A DNA stretch of 64,000 bases from Macrostomum lignano (taxonomy: Eukaryota), in NCBI GenBank assembly GCA_002269645.1, contig NIVC01001518.1:211095-275094 (forward strand). The letters are read 5' to 3'. Under the pieces are notes generated by a model. It was given only the letters and a program-made list of their open reading frames with translations, was not told the origin of the DNA and did not search any database. The position numbers and the translations under genes were made by a program. Of this stretch, positions 10,179 to 23,621 are shown in pieces (positions within the stretch are counted from its first letter, which is position 1; every line of letters begins with the position of its first letter).

Positions 10179-13100
10179 GCGTCATGTAAAAAATCATAGA
10201 AGCGTCATCTAAACAATCATAGAAGCGTCATGAAACAATCATAGAAGCGTCGTGTAAAAATCATAGAAGCGTCATATAAAAATCATAGAAGCGTCATGTA
10301 AACAATCATAGAAGCGTCATGAAACAATCATAGAAGCGTCATGTAAAAATCATAGAAGCGTCATGTAAAAATCATAGAAGCGTCATGTAAAAAATCATAG
10401 AAGCGTCATGAAACAATCATAGAAGCGTCGTGTAAAAATCATAGAAGCGTCATGTAAAAATCATAGAAGCGTCATCTAAACAATCATAGAAGCGTCATGA
10501 AACAATCATAGAAGCGTCATGTAAACAATCATAGAAGCGTCATGTAAAATCATACAATCGTCCTGCCAAAATCGTAGAAGCGTCATGTAAACAATCATAG
10601 AAGCGTCATGTAAAAATCATAGAAGCGTCATGAAACAATCATAGAAGCGTCGTGTAAAAATCATAGAAGCGTCATGTAAAAATCATAGAAGCGTCATGTA
10701 AACAATCATAGAAGCGTCATGTCAAAATCATAGAAGCGTCATGTAAACAATCATAGAAGCGTCATGTCAAAATCATAGAAGCGTCATGTAAACAATCATA
10801 GAAGCGTCATGTCAAAATCATAGAAGCGTCATGTAAACAATCATAGAAGCGTCATGAAACAATCATAGAAGCGTCGTGTAAAAATCATAGAAGCGTCATA
10901 TAAAAATCATAGAAGCGTCATGTAAACAATCATAAAAGCGTCATGTAAAAATCATAGAAGCGTCATGTAAACAATCATAGAAGCGTCATGTCAAAATCAT
11001 AGAAGCGTCATGTAAAAAATCATAGAAGCGTCATGAAACAATCATAGAAGCGTCGTGTAAAAATCATAGAAGCGTCATGTAAAAATCATAGAAGCGTCAT
11101 CTAAACAATCATAGAAGCGTCATGAAACAATCATAGAAGCGTCATGTAAACAATCATAGAAGCGTCATGAAACAATCATAGAAGCGTCATGTAAACAATC
11201 ATAGAAGCGTGATGTAAAAAATCATAGAAGCGTCATGTAAAAATCATAGAAGCGTCATGAAACAATCATAGAAGCGTCGTGTAAAAATCATAGAAGCGTC
11301 ATGTAAAAATCATAGAAGCGTCATGTAAACAATCATAGAAGCGTCATGTAAAAATCATAGAAGCGTCATGTAAACAATCATAGAAGCGTCATGTCAAAAT
11401 CATAGAAGCGTCATGTAAACAATCATAGAAGCGTCATGTCAAAATCATAGAAGCGTCATGTAAACAATCATAGAAGCGTCATGAAACAATCATAGAAGCG
11501 TCATGTAAACAATCATAGAAGCGTCATGAAACAATCATAGAAGCGTCATGTAAACAATCATAGAAGCGTCATGTAAAAATCATAGAAGCGTCATTTAAAC
11601 AATCATAGAAGCGTCATGTAAAAAATTGTAGAAGCGTCATGTAAAAAATCCTTGAAGCGTCATGTAAAAATCATAGAAGCGTCATGTAAAAATCATAGAA
11701 GCGTCATGTAAACAATCCTAGAAGCGTCATGTAAACAATCATAGAAGCGCCATGTAAACAATCCTAGAAGCGTCATGTAAACAATCATAGAAGCGTCATG
11801 TAAACAATCATAGAAACGTCATGTAAAAATCATAAAAGCGTCATGTAAAAATCATAGAAGCGTCATGTAAAATCATAGAATCGTCCTGCCAAAATCGTAG
11901 AAGCGTCATGTAAAAAATCCTTGAAGCGTCATGTAAACAATCATAGAAGCGTCATGAAACAATCATAGAAGCGTCATGTAAACAATCATAGAAGCGTCAT
12001 GTCAAAATCATAGAAGCGTCATGTAAACAATCATAGAAGCGTCATGAAACAATCATAGAAGCGTCGTGTAAAAATCATAGAAGCGTCATATAAAAATCAT
12101 AGAAGCGTCATGTAAACAATCATAGAAGCGTCATGAAACAATCATAGAAGCGTCATGTAAAAATCATAGAAGCGTCATGTAAAAATCATAGAAGCGTCAT
12201 GTAAAAAATATTAGAAGCGTCATGAAACAATCATAGAAGCGTCGTGTAAAAATCATAGAAGCGTCATGTAAAAATCATAGAAGTGTCATCTAAACAATCA
12301 TAGAAGCGTCATGAAACAATCATAGAAGCGTCATGTAAACAATCATAGAAGCGTCATGAAACAATCATAGAAGCGTCATGTAAACAATCATAGAAGCGTG
12401 ATGTAAAAAATCATAGAAGCGTCATGTAAAAATCATAGAAGCGTCATGAAACAATCATAGAAGCGTCGTGTAAAAATCATAGAAGCGTCATGTAAAAATC
12501 ATAGAAGCGTCATGTAAACAATCATAGAAGCGTCATGTAAAAATCATAGAAGCGTCATGTAAACAATCATAGAAGCGTCATGTCAAAATCATAGAAGCGT
12601 CATGTAAACAATCATAGAAGCGTCATGTCAAAATCATAGAAGCGTCATGTAAACAATCATAGAAGCGTCATGAAACAATCATAGAAGCGTCATGTAAACA
12701 ATCATAGAAGCGTCATGAAACAATCATAGAAGCGTCATGTAAACAATCATAGAAGCGTCATGTCAAAATCATAGAAGCGTCATTTAAACAATCATAGAAG
12801 CGTCATGTAAAAAAATGTAGAAGCGTCATGTAAAAAATCCTTGAAGCGTCATGTAAAAATCATAGAAGCGTCATGTAAAAATCATAGAAGCGTCATGAAA
12901 CAATCATAGAAGCGTCATGTAAACAATCATAGAAGCGCCATGTAAACAATCCTAGAAGCGTCATGTAAACAATCATAGAAGCGTCATGTAAACAATCATA
13001 GAAGCGTCATGTAAAAATCATAAAAGCGTCATGTAAAAATCATAGAAGCGTCATGTAAAATCATAGAATCGTCCTGCCAAAATCGTAGAAGCGTCATGTA

Positions 13101-15695
13101 AAAAATCCTTGAAGCGTCATGTAAAAATCATAGAAGCGTCATGAAACAATCATAGAAGCGTCATGTAAACAATCATAGAAGCGTCATGTAAACAATCCTA
13201 GAAGCGTCATGTAAACAATCCTAGAAGCGTCATGTAAACAATCATAGAAGCGTCATGTAAACAATCCTAGAAGCGTCATGTAAACAATCATAGAAGCGTC
13301 ATGTAAACAATCCTAGAAGCGCCATGTAAAAATCATAAAAGCGTCATGTAAACAATCATTCAAGCGTCATTTAAACAATCGTAGAAGCGTCATGTAAACA
13401 ATCATAGAAGCGTCATGTAAAAATCATAGAAGCGTCATGAAACAATCATAGAAGCGTCATGTAAAAAATCATAGAAGCGTCATGTAAAAAATCATAGAAG
13501 CGTCATGTAAAAATCATAGAAGCGTCATGTAAAATCGTAGAATCGTCCTGCCAAAATCGTAGAAGCGTCATGTAAAAAAATCATAGAAGCGTCATGTAAA
13601 AATCATAGAAGCGTCATGTAAAATCACAGAATCGTCCTGCCAAAATCGTAGAAGCGTCATGTAAAAAATCATCAAAGCGTCATGTAAAAAATCATCAAAG
13701 CGTCGTGTAAAAATCATAGTAGCGTCATGTAAAAATCATAGTAGCATCATGTAAAAAATCATAGAAGCGTCATGTAAAAATCGTAGAAGCGTCATGTAAA
13801 AATCATAGAAGCGTTATGTAAAAATGATAGAAGCGTCATATAAAAAATCATAGAAGCGTCATGTAAACAATCATAGAAGCGTCATATAAAAATCATAGAA
13901 GCGTCATGTAAAAATCATAGAAGCGTCATGTAAAATCATAGAAGCGTCATGTAAAATCGTAGAAGCGTCATGTAAAAAATCATCAAAGCGTCATGTAAAA
14001 AATCATAAAAGCGTCATGTAAAAATCATAGAAGCGTCATGTAAAATCGTAGAATCGTCCTGCCAAAATCGTAGAAGCGTCATGTAAAAAATCATAGAAGC
14101 GTCATGTAAAAATCATAGAAGCGTCATGTAAAATCATACAATCGTCCTGCCAAAATCGTAGAAGCGTCATGTAAACAATCATAGAAGCGTCATGTAAACA
14201 ATCATAGAAGCGTCATAAAACAATCATAGAAGCGTCATGTAAAAATCATAGAAGCGTCATGTAAACAATCATAGAAGCGTTGTGTAAAAATCAGAGAAGC
14301 GTCATGTAAACAATCATAGAAGCGTCATGTAAAAATCATAGAAGCGTCATGTAAAAATCATAGAAGCGTCATGAAACAATCATAGAAGCGTCATGTAAAA
14401 ATCATAGAAGCGTCATGTAAAAATCATAGAAGCGTCATGTAAACAATCATAGAAGCGTCATGAAACAATCATAGAAGCGCCATGTAAACAATCATAGAAG
14501 CGTCATGTAAACAATCATAGAAGCGTCATGAAACAATCATAGAAGCGCCATGTAAAAATCATAAAAGCGTCATGTAAAAATCATAGAAGCGTCATGTCAA
14601 AATCATAGAATCTTCCTGCCAAAATCGTAGAAGCGTCATGTAAAAAATCCTTGAAGCGTCATGTAAACAATCATAGAAGCGTCATGAAACAATCATAGAA
14701 GCGTCATGTAAACAATCATAGAAGCGTCATGTAAACAATCATAGAAGCGTCATGTAAACAATCATAGAAGCGCCATGTAAAAATCATAAAAGCGTCATGT
14801 AAACAATCATTCAAGCGTCATTTAAACAATCATAGAAGCGTCATGTAAACAAGCATAGAAGAATGTAAACAATCATAGAAGCGTCATGTAAAAATCATAG
14901 AAGCGTCATGAAACAATCTTAGAAGCGTCATGTAAAAAATCATAGAAGCGTCATGTAAAAAATCATAGAAGCGTCATGTAAAAATCATAGAAGCGTCATG
15001 TAAAATCGTAGAATCGTCCTGCCAAAATCGTAGAAGCGTCATGTAAAAAATCATAGAAGCGTCATGTAAAAATCATAGAAGCGTCATGTAAAATCATAGA
15101 ATCGTCCTGCCAAAATCGTAGAAGCGTCATGTAAAAAATCATCAAAGCGTCATGTAAAAAATCATAGAAGCGTCATGTAAAAATCATAGTAGCGTCATGT
15201 AAAAAATCATAGAAGCGTCATGTAAAAATCGTAGAAGCGTCATGTAAAAATCATAGAAGCGTTATGTAAAAATGATAGAAGCGTCATATAAAAAATCATA
15301 GAAGCGTCATGTAAAAAATCATAGAAGCGTCATGAAAAAATCATAGAAGCGTCATGTAAACAATCATAGAAGCGTCATGTAAAAAATCATAGAAGCGTCA
15401 TGTAAAAATTATAGAAGCGTCAAGAAAAAATCATAGAAGCGTCATGTAAAAAATCATAGAAGCGTCATGAAAAAATCATAGAAGCGTCATGTAAACAATC
15501 ATAGAAGCGTCATGTAAAAATTATAGAAGCGTCAAGAAAAAATCATAGAAGCGTCATGTAAATAATCATAGAAGCGTCATGTAAAAATTATAGAAGCGTC
15601 AAGAAAAAATCAGAGAAGCGTCATGTAAAAAATCATAGAAGCGTCATGTTAAAATCATAGAAGCGTCATGAAAAAATCATAGAAGCCTCATTTAA
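10179..15695. repeat. 22-23-bp satellite (GCGTCATGTAAA(C/A)AATCATAGAA)n, ~245 copies, with higher-order duplications
   Basis: Direct reading; diagnostic variants recur about 1.19 kb apart (11207/12396 and 11881/13069). Confidence 0.98.
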
Positions 15696-15789
15696 AAACT
15701 AATGAAAGTGTCATTTAAAAAATTAAGAAGCATCATGGTAGAATAAAAGAAGCGTCATGTCAGACATGAAGGGTGTCATGTAAAAATAA

Positions 15790-16830
15790 ATGCAGCTATA
15801 ATGCTGTGCTGGGAAGAATTACTGAGACGTCAAGGCTCTCAGAGAATAACTGAGATTACGGGGGGTTGCTGAGATGTCAAAGCAAAAGTCAGAAGCTACT
15901 TCAAAGTTCATGTACTTTACTCAATTTTTTTATTACATTATTTGTTGTCTCGCCACGGGGGGCGCTGATAGAAGAGGAGTCATGTAAAAAATAAAAGTAG
16001 CACTATGTATACATAAAAGAAAAGTCATGTCGAAGTTAAAAGATTCATTTGGGAATTGCTATGATGTCAAAGCTTGGAGGGAATCGTTACAGTGCTGTGA
16101 TTCTTAAAGAAGGAATCACTAAAATGTCAAGGCTTAGGGGAGAAGAATTGCTGAGATTCAAGGCTTTAGGTTGGGTTAAAGTTAGGTTTAGGTCAGGTGT
16201 GGGTTGAGGGTTATATTTTATCGGGTTTCAAGGTTAACGGGGGATTTTTCAGATTTCAAGGTTTATGGAGGCCATCGCTGACATGTCAAGGCTTACGGGG
16301 GGAATAGCTGAGATTTCAAGGCTCACGGGGGTATAAATGAGATTTCAAAGCTAAATTCAGAAGCTACATGTAAACAATCATGTAAAGTTTATTGAAAACT
16401 TTTTATTACATTATTTGATGCCTCGTCAGGGGAGGGATCGCTGATAAAAAAAGCGTAATGTAAAAAATAAAAGAAGCTTCATGTCGAAGTTAAGAGATTC
16501 ATTTGGGAATCCCTACGATGTCGAGGCTTGCAGGAAATCGCTATAATGCTGTAGCAGTGCTATAATGACTCTTAGAGAGAATTACTGAAATGTCAATGCT
16601 TTAGGGTTAGGTTAGGGTTAGGGTTAGGGTTAGGGTTAGGGTTAGGCTAGGGTTAGGGTTAGAAGGTTGACAGATTTTTTAGATTTCCAAGGCTTATTGG
16701 GGGCATTGCTGAGATGTCAAGGGGGCGAGTTGATATGTTAAAGCTTGTGGTGGGGAATTACTGACATGTCAAGGCTTACAATGTTTGACAGGAGATTTTT
16801 TAAGATTTCAAGGATACATGTAGCTTATTA
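15790..16830. repeat. Diverged ~455-bp tandem duplication with GCTGAGATGTCAAGGCTT sub-repeats
   Basis: For example CATGTCGAAGTTAA(A/G)AGATTCATTTGGGAAT at ~16026 and ~16480; approximate boundaries. Confidence 0.7.
16601..16662 (+). repeat. Interstitial telomeric repeat (TTAGGG)~10
   Basis: Near-perfect TTAGGG run; a degenerate counterpart lies at ~16165-16205. Confidence 0.9.
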
Positions 16831-18500
16831 AAAAAACGTGTAGCTATTGCATTTCTTTGGCTCCCCAACGGGGGGCGTAGATTGCTAGTCAAAAGCTAAA
16901 CGTTTGTATGAGTCGTTTTAAAAATGGGGCAGTTTTAAGTGATACATTTTAACTATTATTTGTAATTTTAAATTCCATATGTTACTTTCTGATTGCCACA
17001 ATGAGGTTCGTATCGTTGAGTTGGGACAAATACACGCGGTGTGAGTCTGGCGGAAAGTAGAAGTTGGTTAATTACGCAGCAGTCAAGGATAACGGAAAAA
17101 ACATTTCACACTTTAATCTTTCAATTATTTTCGGCTTACTCATATTCACAATGCTACAAGTAAACCACTGATTATTATAAATAAGTTAAAATACGCTTGT
17201 AAATTATTATTTAAATTTATTTTATTAAAGATTACAAAATGACTATAGTATGCTTGCAACGATTTCTAAATCTATTATTGAAATACTCCTATGTTATTGA
17301 GTGCATTTACGCTCGTACTTTTGGCTCTTTTGCTGGTGCTAAAATGTCTATGTTCCTGTGCATACATTTGATACTATAGCCTACGAGCGTACATTTCCGA
17401 TGTCCCAAGGGAACATTCCTTGTTTAGAGTCTGTAGTATTTGCTCGAAGAGGAAACGAAATAAAGAGGCCGGGAGAAAAGAGAAGCAAGCAAGCACAAGC
17501 AGCCAAAAAAGCGGTAAAAAATACGGAAAATGAGAACTGGAATTTTTTTTCACGTCGAGATGCTATGCTGATTGTTATTGTTCAGTAGTCCTTGGCTTCA
17601 ATTCTAAATCTTGAACACAGCTCTTAGTTCTCTTTGACTCAGCCTTTATTCGATTCGGGGGTGCGGGGTTGTTTGTAGAACAAGAGGAGAAAGGATCCCT
17701 TCGCTAGACATGCGGGGTTGCGGGCCGCGGCAGAAATGGAAGTGCCATTAAAAAACACATTCTGCTTTGCTCTTTGTCCTGCTGGGCAAGTCTTTCGGAA
17801 TCATTTTCTATATGGTCTGTGCTGTGGCTTCCCACCATGTCCTATACACCATGTCTATGTGGTCTATTAGTTCTACGAGTATAAATCACACGCCCGACAT
17901 GGCCTATATGTATGAACATGATGCACATTGCACACATATACACGTCTAGCCACTTGTTATGTATAAATTGAAAGATCCTCGATTTTATATAAAATGAAAA
18001 TTTGAACTGCGCGCGTTTGTTTGGCAGTACTACCTAGTATAAGTAGCACTTACGGATAGTTATAGATATGACAAATTACAAAAAATGCAGAATAAATCAC
18101 AAAAAAAATTGCAATGCTAATTCAGATCAGATTATTGAATATGCCACCAATACTAAAAATCAATACGTAACAAAGCAATATAAAAGCATTCGTTCATTAA
18201 CTTTTAACCTATGACTACAGATGTAATCAATTATATTGAATATTACGATTTCGTCACCCCAACGCTCAAGGGTCTCGGGGCGGATAGCTGGGCGAACTTA
18301 CTCTTACTGAATAGAAATAGTTTTAAATGGCTGTTAAAAGTCCGAAAAGTTTTTAAAGAAGTGCATTAACTGTAAAAGAGCACTCAGGATGCCTTAGAAT
18401 TATAAAAGCCATCACGGTTTTGGGGCGCACTACTTGGACTCCTGGGCGCCCGGCGCCTCCAGTCGCCTCTAAAAATTTTCCCACTGGGTGAGGCTGAGTA

Positions 18501-19038
18501 TAATAGGAACCTGGAGAGACAACTGGAAACATTTTTATTGAGAATTTAATTTTTTTCAAAGGGTAAGGACCCTGCGCTGATGATTTAAAATCTTTGGGAT
18601 GCGTTGCGAATTGAATGTGTGGAGAAGAATACAGATTCTTTTCTGATTGTTTCGAAGATGCTATGGGTGGATGTCAGTGGATGATGTAGGACACTTGTTA
18701 TGCTCTGATTCTGTCGTGGAGGAAGGAGGATAGGTTAGGAGGATTATGGATGACGTTTTGTGAGCGAGTGCGACACCTGTTATGCTCTGATTCAGGAATA
18801 ATATGGATGGATTTAATGGGATTATGTTCGAAGTTTTCGGAGCAAGTAGGACACCTGTTATGCTCTGATTCTGTCAGGGATAATATGGATGGATTTAATG
18901 GGATTATGGAGGGCGTTTTGTGAGCGAGTGCGACCCCCCTTCTTTTCTGATTCTGTCGGGGATAATATAGATGGATTTAATGGAATTATGGAGGACGTGA
19001 AAAATTTTTTCCCAAAAGCCCCCTCATGCCTTCTACTC
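18501..19038. repeat. Dispersed ~500-bp cassette, copy 2 (about four internal ~83-bp units)
   Basis: Matches 1362-1859. Confidence 0.85.
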
Positions 19039-19975
19039 TAGTGCAAGCCAATTTCAGCCGGCTAAACTTTTCTAACTTCCACTTGTGCAATCAATTGAGC
19101 GTGGGAAGCACAATGAACTCCTGCTGAACTGGTCTTGCTGTCCTGAGCCGATCGGCTGATTGTTGCGTACTGCTGAGATCGTTGATGCTGCTGCTGCTGA
19201 TGGTGCGAGCCGAGCTACGTTGGGTGTCTTAGACAAAGGCTAGCGTCCGCAACGTTGGGGCCTACTTCATAACTTTGGTCCCCTCGCTCCAGGCTCACAT
19301 TGGGTCCTCTCGTTGCCGTCCAGCCTCGCCAGGTGACTCGACCAGGTGACCTAGCCTATCCCCGTTCCTAGACTTATGAGCATTTTCTTATGGCTCATAA
19401 AAACATTCCGCATTGATTCCAGTTGGCGCAGCGAATTCTGTTTATTGTGCTCCTGAGCCAAAAGCTAGTTTCATTAATCTCAAACCAAATTAACTAGAAG
19501 TTTTTAATTTTTAATTTAAATTTTTTGGTTAACGGCTAAGCGAGTTGAAAAACTCAATGGAATTTCCTATTCCAACAGAGCATACCACCCAGTGACTAAA
19601 TAAGGAATTTCGCTGTGTTAGGGCAGAAACGAATCTATTTTCAAAGGAAATTGATCGAAATATTTTTGTCTAACTATTTTATTTTATACAACAGGGGCAA
19701 AGCACTTTTATAGCGCGAATTTAAAGTAATGATGAGAAAGTTATGATGCCCGTTGAATGCTCAGTGGCTCACGAAAGCCGGCATGATGAATTTTGGGAAT
19801 TTTCCATGACTGAATCATTGCATGTTCTTAGACTGAATGCCCAGGGGTAGGATGACGTTCTGCGCCGGGGCACCCCAGACATTTAAACTGCATTCGAAAA
19901 CTGCTTAACCTCTTCCTGCCTATCCACAATTCAAAATTTGTCTGTTTGGTAAGAATTCAGATCTTTTATATGCAG

Positions 19976-22900
19976 CTGCATCCAGACCTTCAAACTGCAT
20001 CCAGAACTTTAAACTGCATCCAGACCTTTAAACTGCATCCAGACCTTTAAACTGCATCCAGACCTTTAAACTGCATCCAGACCTTCAAACTGCATCCAGA
20101 CCTTCAAACTGCATCCAGAACTTTAAACTGCATCCAGACCTTTAAACTGCATCCAGACCTTTAAACTGCATCCAGACCTTTAAACTGCATCCAGACCTTT
20201 AAACTGCATCCAGACCTTCAAACTGCATCCAGACCTTCAAACTGCATCCAGAACTTTAAACTGCATCCAGACCTTTAAACTGCATCCAGACCTTCAAACT
20301 GCATCCAGATCTTTAAACTGCATCCAGACCTTCAAACTGCATCCAGACCTTCAAACTGCATCCAGACCTTTAAACTGCATCCAGAACTTTAAACTGCATC
20401 CAGACCTTTAAACTGCATCCAGACCTTTAAACTGCACTCAGACCTTTAAACTGCATCCAGACCTTTAAACTGCATCCAGACCTTCAAACTGCATCCAGAC
20501 CTTCAAACTGCATCCAGACCTTCAAACTGCATCCAGAACTTTAAACTGCATCCAGACCTTTAAACTGCATCCAGACCTTTAAACTGCATCCAGACCTTTA
20601 AACTGCATCCAGACCTTCAAACTGCATCCAGATCTTTAAACTGCATCCAGACCTTCAAACTGCATCCAGACCTTCAAACTGCATCCAGACCTTTAAACTG
20701 CATCCAGAACTTTAAACTGCACTCAGACCTTTAAACTGCATCCAGACCTTTAAACTGCATCCAGACCTTCAAACTGCATCCAGACCTTCAAACTGCATCC
20801 AGACCTTCAAACTGCATCCAGAACTTTAAACTGCATCCAGACCTTTAAACTGCATCCAGACCTTCAAACTGCATCCAGATCTTTAAACTGCATCCAGACC
20901 TTCAAACTGCATCCAGACCTTCAAACTGCATCCAGACCTTTAAACTGCATCCAGACCTTTAAACTGCACTCAGACCTTTAAACTGCATCCAGACCTTTAA
21001 ACTGCATCCAGACCTTTAAACTGCATCCAGACCTTCAAACTGCATCCAGACCTTCAAACTGCATCCAGAACTTTAAACTGCATCCAGACCTTTAAACTGC
21101 ATCCAGACCTTCAAACTGCATCCAGATCTTTAAACTGCATCCAGACCTTCAAACTGCATCCAGACCTTCAAACTGCATCCAGACCTTTAAACTGCATCCA
21201 GAACTTTAAACTGCATCCAGACCTTTAAACTGCACTCAGACCTTTAAACTGCATCCAGACCTTCAAACTGCATCCAGATCTTTAAACTGCATCCAGACCT
21301 TTAAACTGCATCCAGACCTTTAAACTGCATCCAGACCTTCAAACTGCATCCAGACCTTTAAACTGCATCCAGAACTTTAAACTGCATCCAGACCTTTAAA
21401 CTGCACTCAGACCTTTAAACTGCATCCAGACCTTCAAACTGCATCCAGATCTTTAAACTGCATCCAGACCTTTAAACTGCATCCAGACCTTTAAACTGCA
21501 TCCAGACCTTCAAACTGCATCCAGACCTTTAAACTGCATCCAGAACTTTAAACTGCATCCAGACCTTTAAACTGCATCCAGACCTTTAAACTGCATCCAG
21601 ACCTTTAAACTGCATCCAGACCTTTAAACTGCATCCAGACCTTCAAACTGCATCCAGACCTTCAAACTGCATCCAGAACTTTAAACTGCATCCAGACCTT
21701 TAAACTGCACTCAGACCTTTAAACTTCATCCAGACCTTTAAACTGCATCCAGACCTTTAAACTGCATCCAGAACTTTAAACTGCATCCAGACCTTTAAAC
21801 TGCATCCAGACCTTTAAACTGCATCCAGACCTTCAAACTGCATCCAGACCTTCAAACTGCATCCAGACCTTTAAACTGCATCCAGACCTTTAAACTGCAT
21901 CCAGACCTTCAAACTGCATCCAGATCTTTAAACTGCATCCAGACCTTTAAACTGCATCCAGACCTTTAAACTGCATCCAGACCTTTAAACTGCATCCAGA
22001 CCTTTAAACTGCATCCAGACCTTTAAACTGCATCCAGACCTTCAAACTGCATCCAGAACTTTAAACTGCATCCAGACCTTTAAACTGCATCCAGACCTTC
22101 AAACTGCATCCAGACCTTTAAACTGCATCCAGACCTTTAAACTGCATCCAGACCTTTAAACTGCATCCAGACCTTTAAACTGCACTCAGACCTTTAAACT
22201 GCATCCAGACCTTTAAACTGCATCCAGACCTTTAAACTGCATCCAGACCTTTAAACTGCACTCAGACCTTTAAACTGCATCCAGACCTTTAAACTGCATC
22301 CAGACCTTTAAACTGCATCCAGACCTTTAAACTGCATCCAGACCTTTAAACTGCATCCAGACCTTTAAACTGCATCCAGACCTTTAAACTGCATCCAGAA
22401 CTTTAAACTGCATCCAGACCTTTAAACTGCATCCAGACCTTTAAACTGCATCCAGACCTTTAAACTGCATCCAGACCTTCAAACTGCATCCAGACCTTCA
22501 AACTGCATCCAGAACTTTAAACTGCATCCAGACCTTTAAACTGCATCCAGACCTTCAAACAGCATCCAGATCTTTAAACTGCATCCAGACCTTTAAACTG
22601 CATCCAGACCTTTAAACTGCATCCAGACCTTCAAACTGCATCCAGACCTTCAAACTGCATCCAGACCTTTAAACTGCATCCAGACCTTTAAACTGCACTC
22701 AGACCTTTGAACTGCATCCAGACCTTTAAACTGCATCCAGACCTTCAAACTGCATCCAGACCTTCAAACTGCATCCAGACCTTCAAACTGCATCCAGAAC
22801 TTTAAACTGCATCCAGACCTTTAAACTGCATCCAGACCTTCAAACTGCATCCAGATCTTTAAACTGCATCCAGACCTTTAAACTGCATCCAGACCTTTAA

Positions 22901-23608
22901 ACTGCATCCAGACCTTCAAACTGCATCCAGACCTTTAAACTGCATCCAGAACTTTAAACTGCATCCAGACCTTTAAACTGCATCCAGACCTTTAAACTGC
23001 ATCCAGACCTTTAAACTGCATCCAGACCTTCAAACTGCATCCAGACTTTCAAACTGCATCCAGAACTTTAAACTGCATCCAGACCTTTAAACTGCATCCA
23101 GACCTTCAAACTGCATCCAGACCTTTAAACTGCATCCAGACCTTTAAACTGCATCCAGACCTTCAAACTGCATCCAGACCTTCAAACTGCATCCAGACCT
23201 TTAAACTGCATCCAGAACTTTAAACTGCATCCAGACCTTTAAACTGCACTCAGACCTTTAAACTGCATCCAGACCTTTAAACTGCATCCAGACCTTTAAA
23301 CTGCATCCAGACCTTTAAACTGCATCCAGACCTTTAAACTGCATCCAGACCTTCAAACTGCATCCAGACCTTTAAACTGCATCCAGACCTTTAAACTGCA
23401 TCCAGACCTTTAAACTGCATCCAGACCTTTAAACTGCATCCAGACCTTTAAACTGCATCCAGACCTTTAAACTGCATCCAGACCTTTAAACTGCATCCAG
23501 ACCTTCAAACTGCATCCAGACCTTTAAACTGCATCCAGACCTTTAAACTGCATCCAGACCTTTAAACTGCATCCAGACCTTTAAACTGCATCCAGACCTT
23601 CGAACTGA
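19976..23608. repeat. 19-bp satellite (CTGCATCCAGACCTTTAAA)n, ~190 copies
   Basis: Highly homogeneous array with a few recurrent variants (CTTCAAA, GAACTTT, GATCTTT, GCACTCAG). Confidence 0.98.
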
Positions 23609-23621
23609 ATTAAATCCTTCC

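Noticed and set aside
19030-19042. CTAG|T at the end of cassette copy 2 as a Helitron 3' end
   Set aside because: There is no GC-rich subterminal hairpin, and copy 1 lacks the CTAG.
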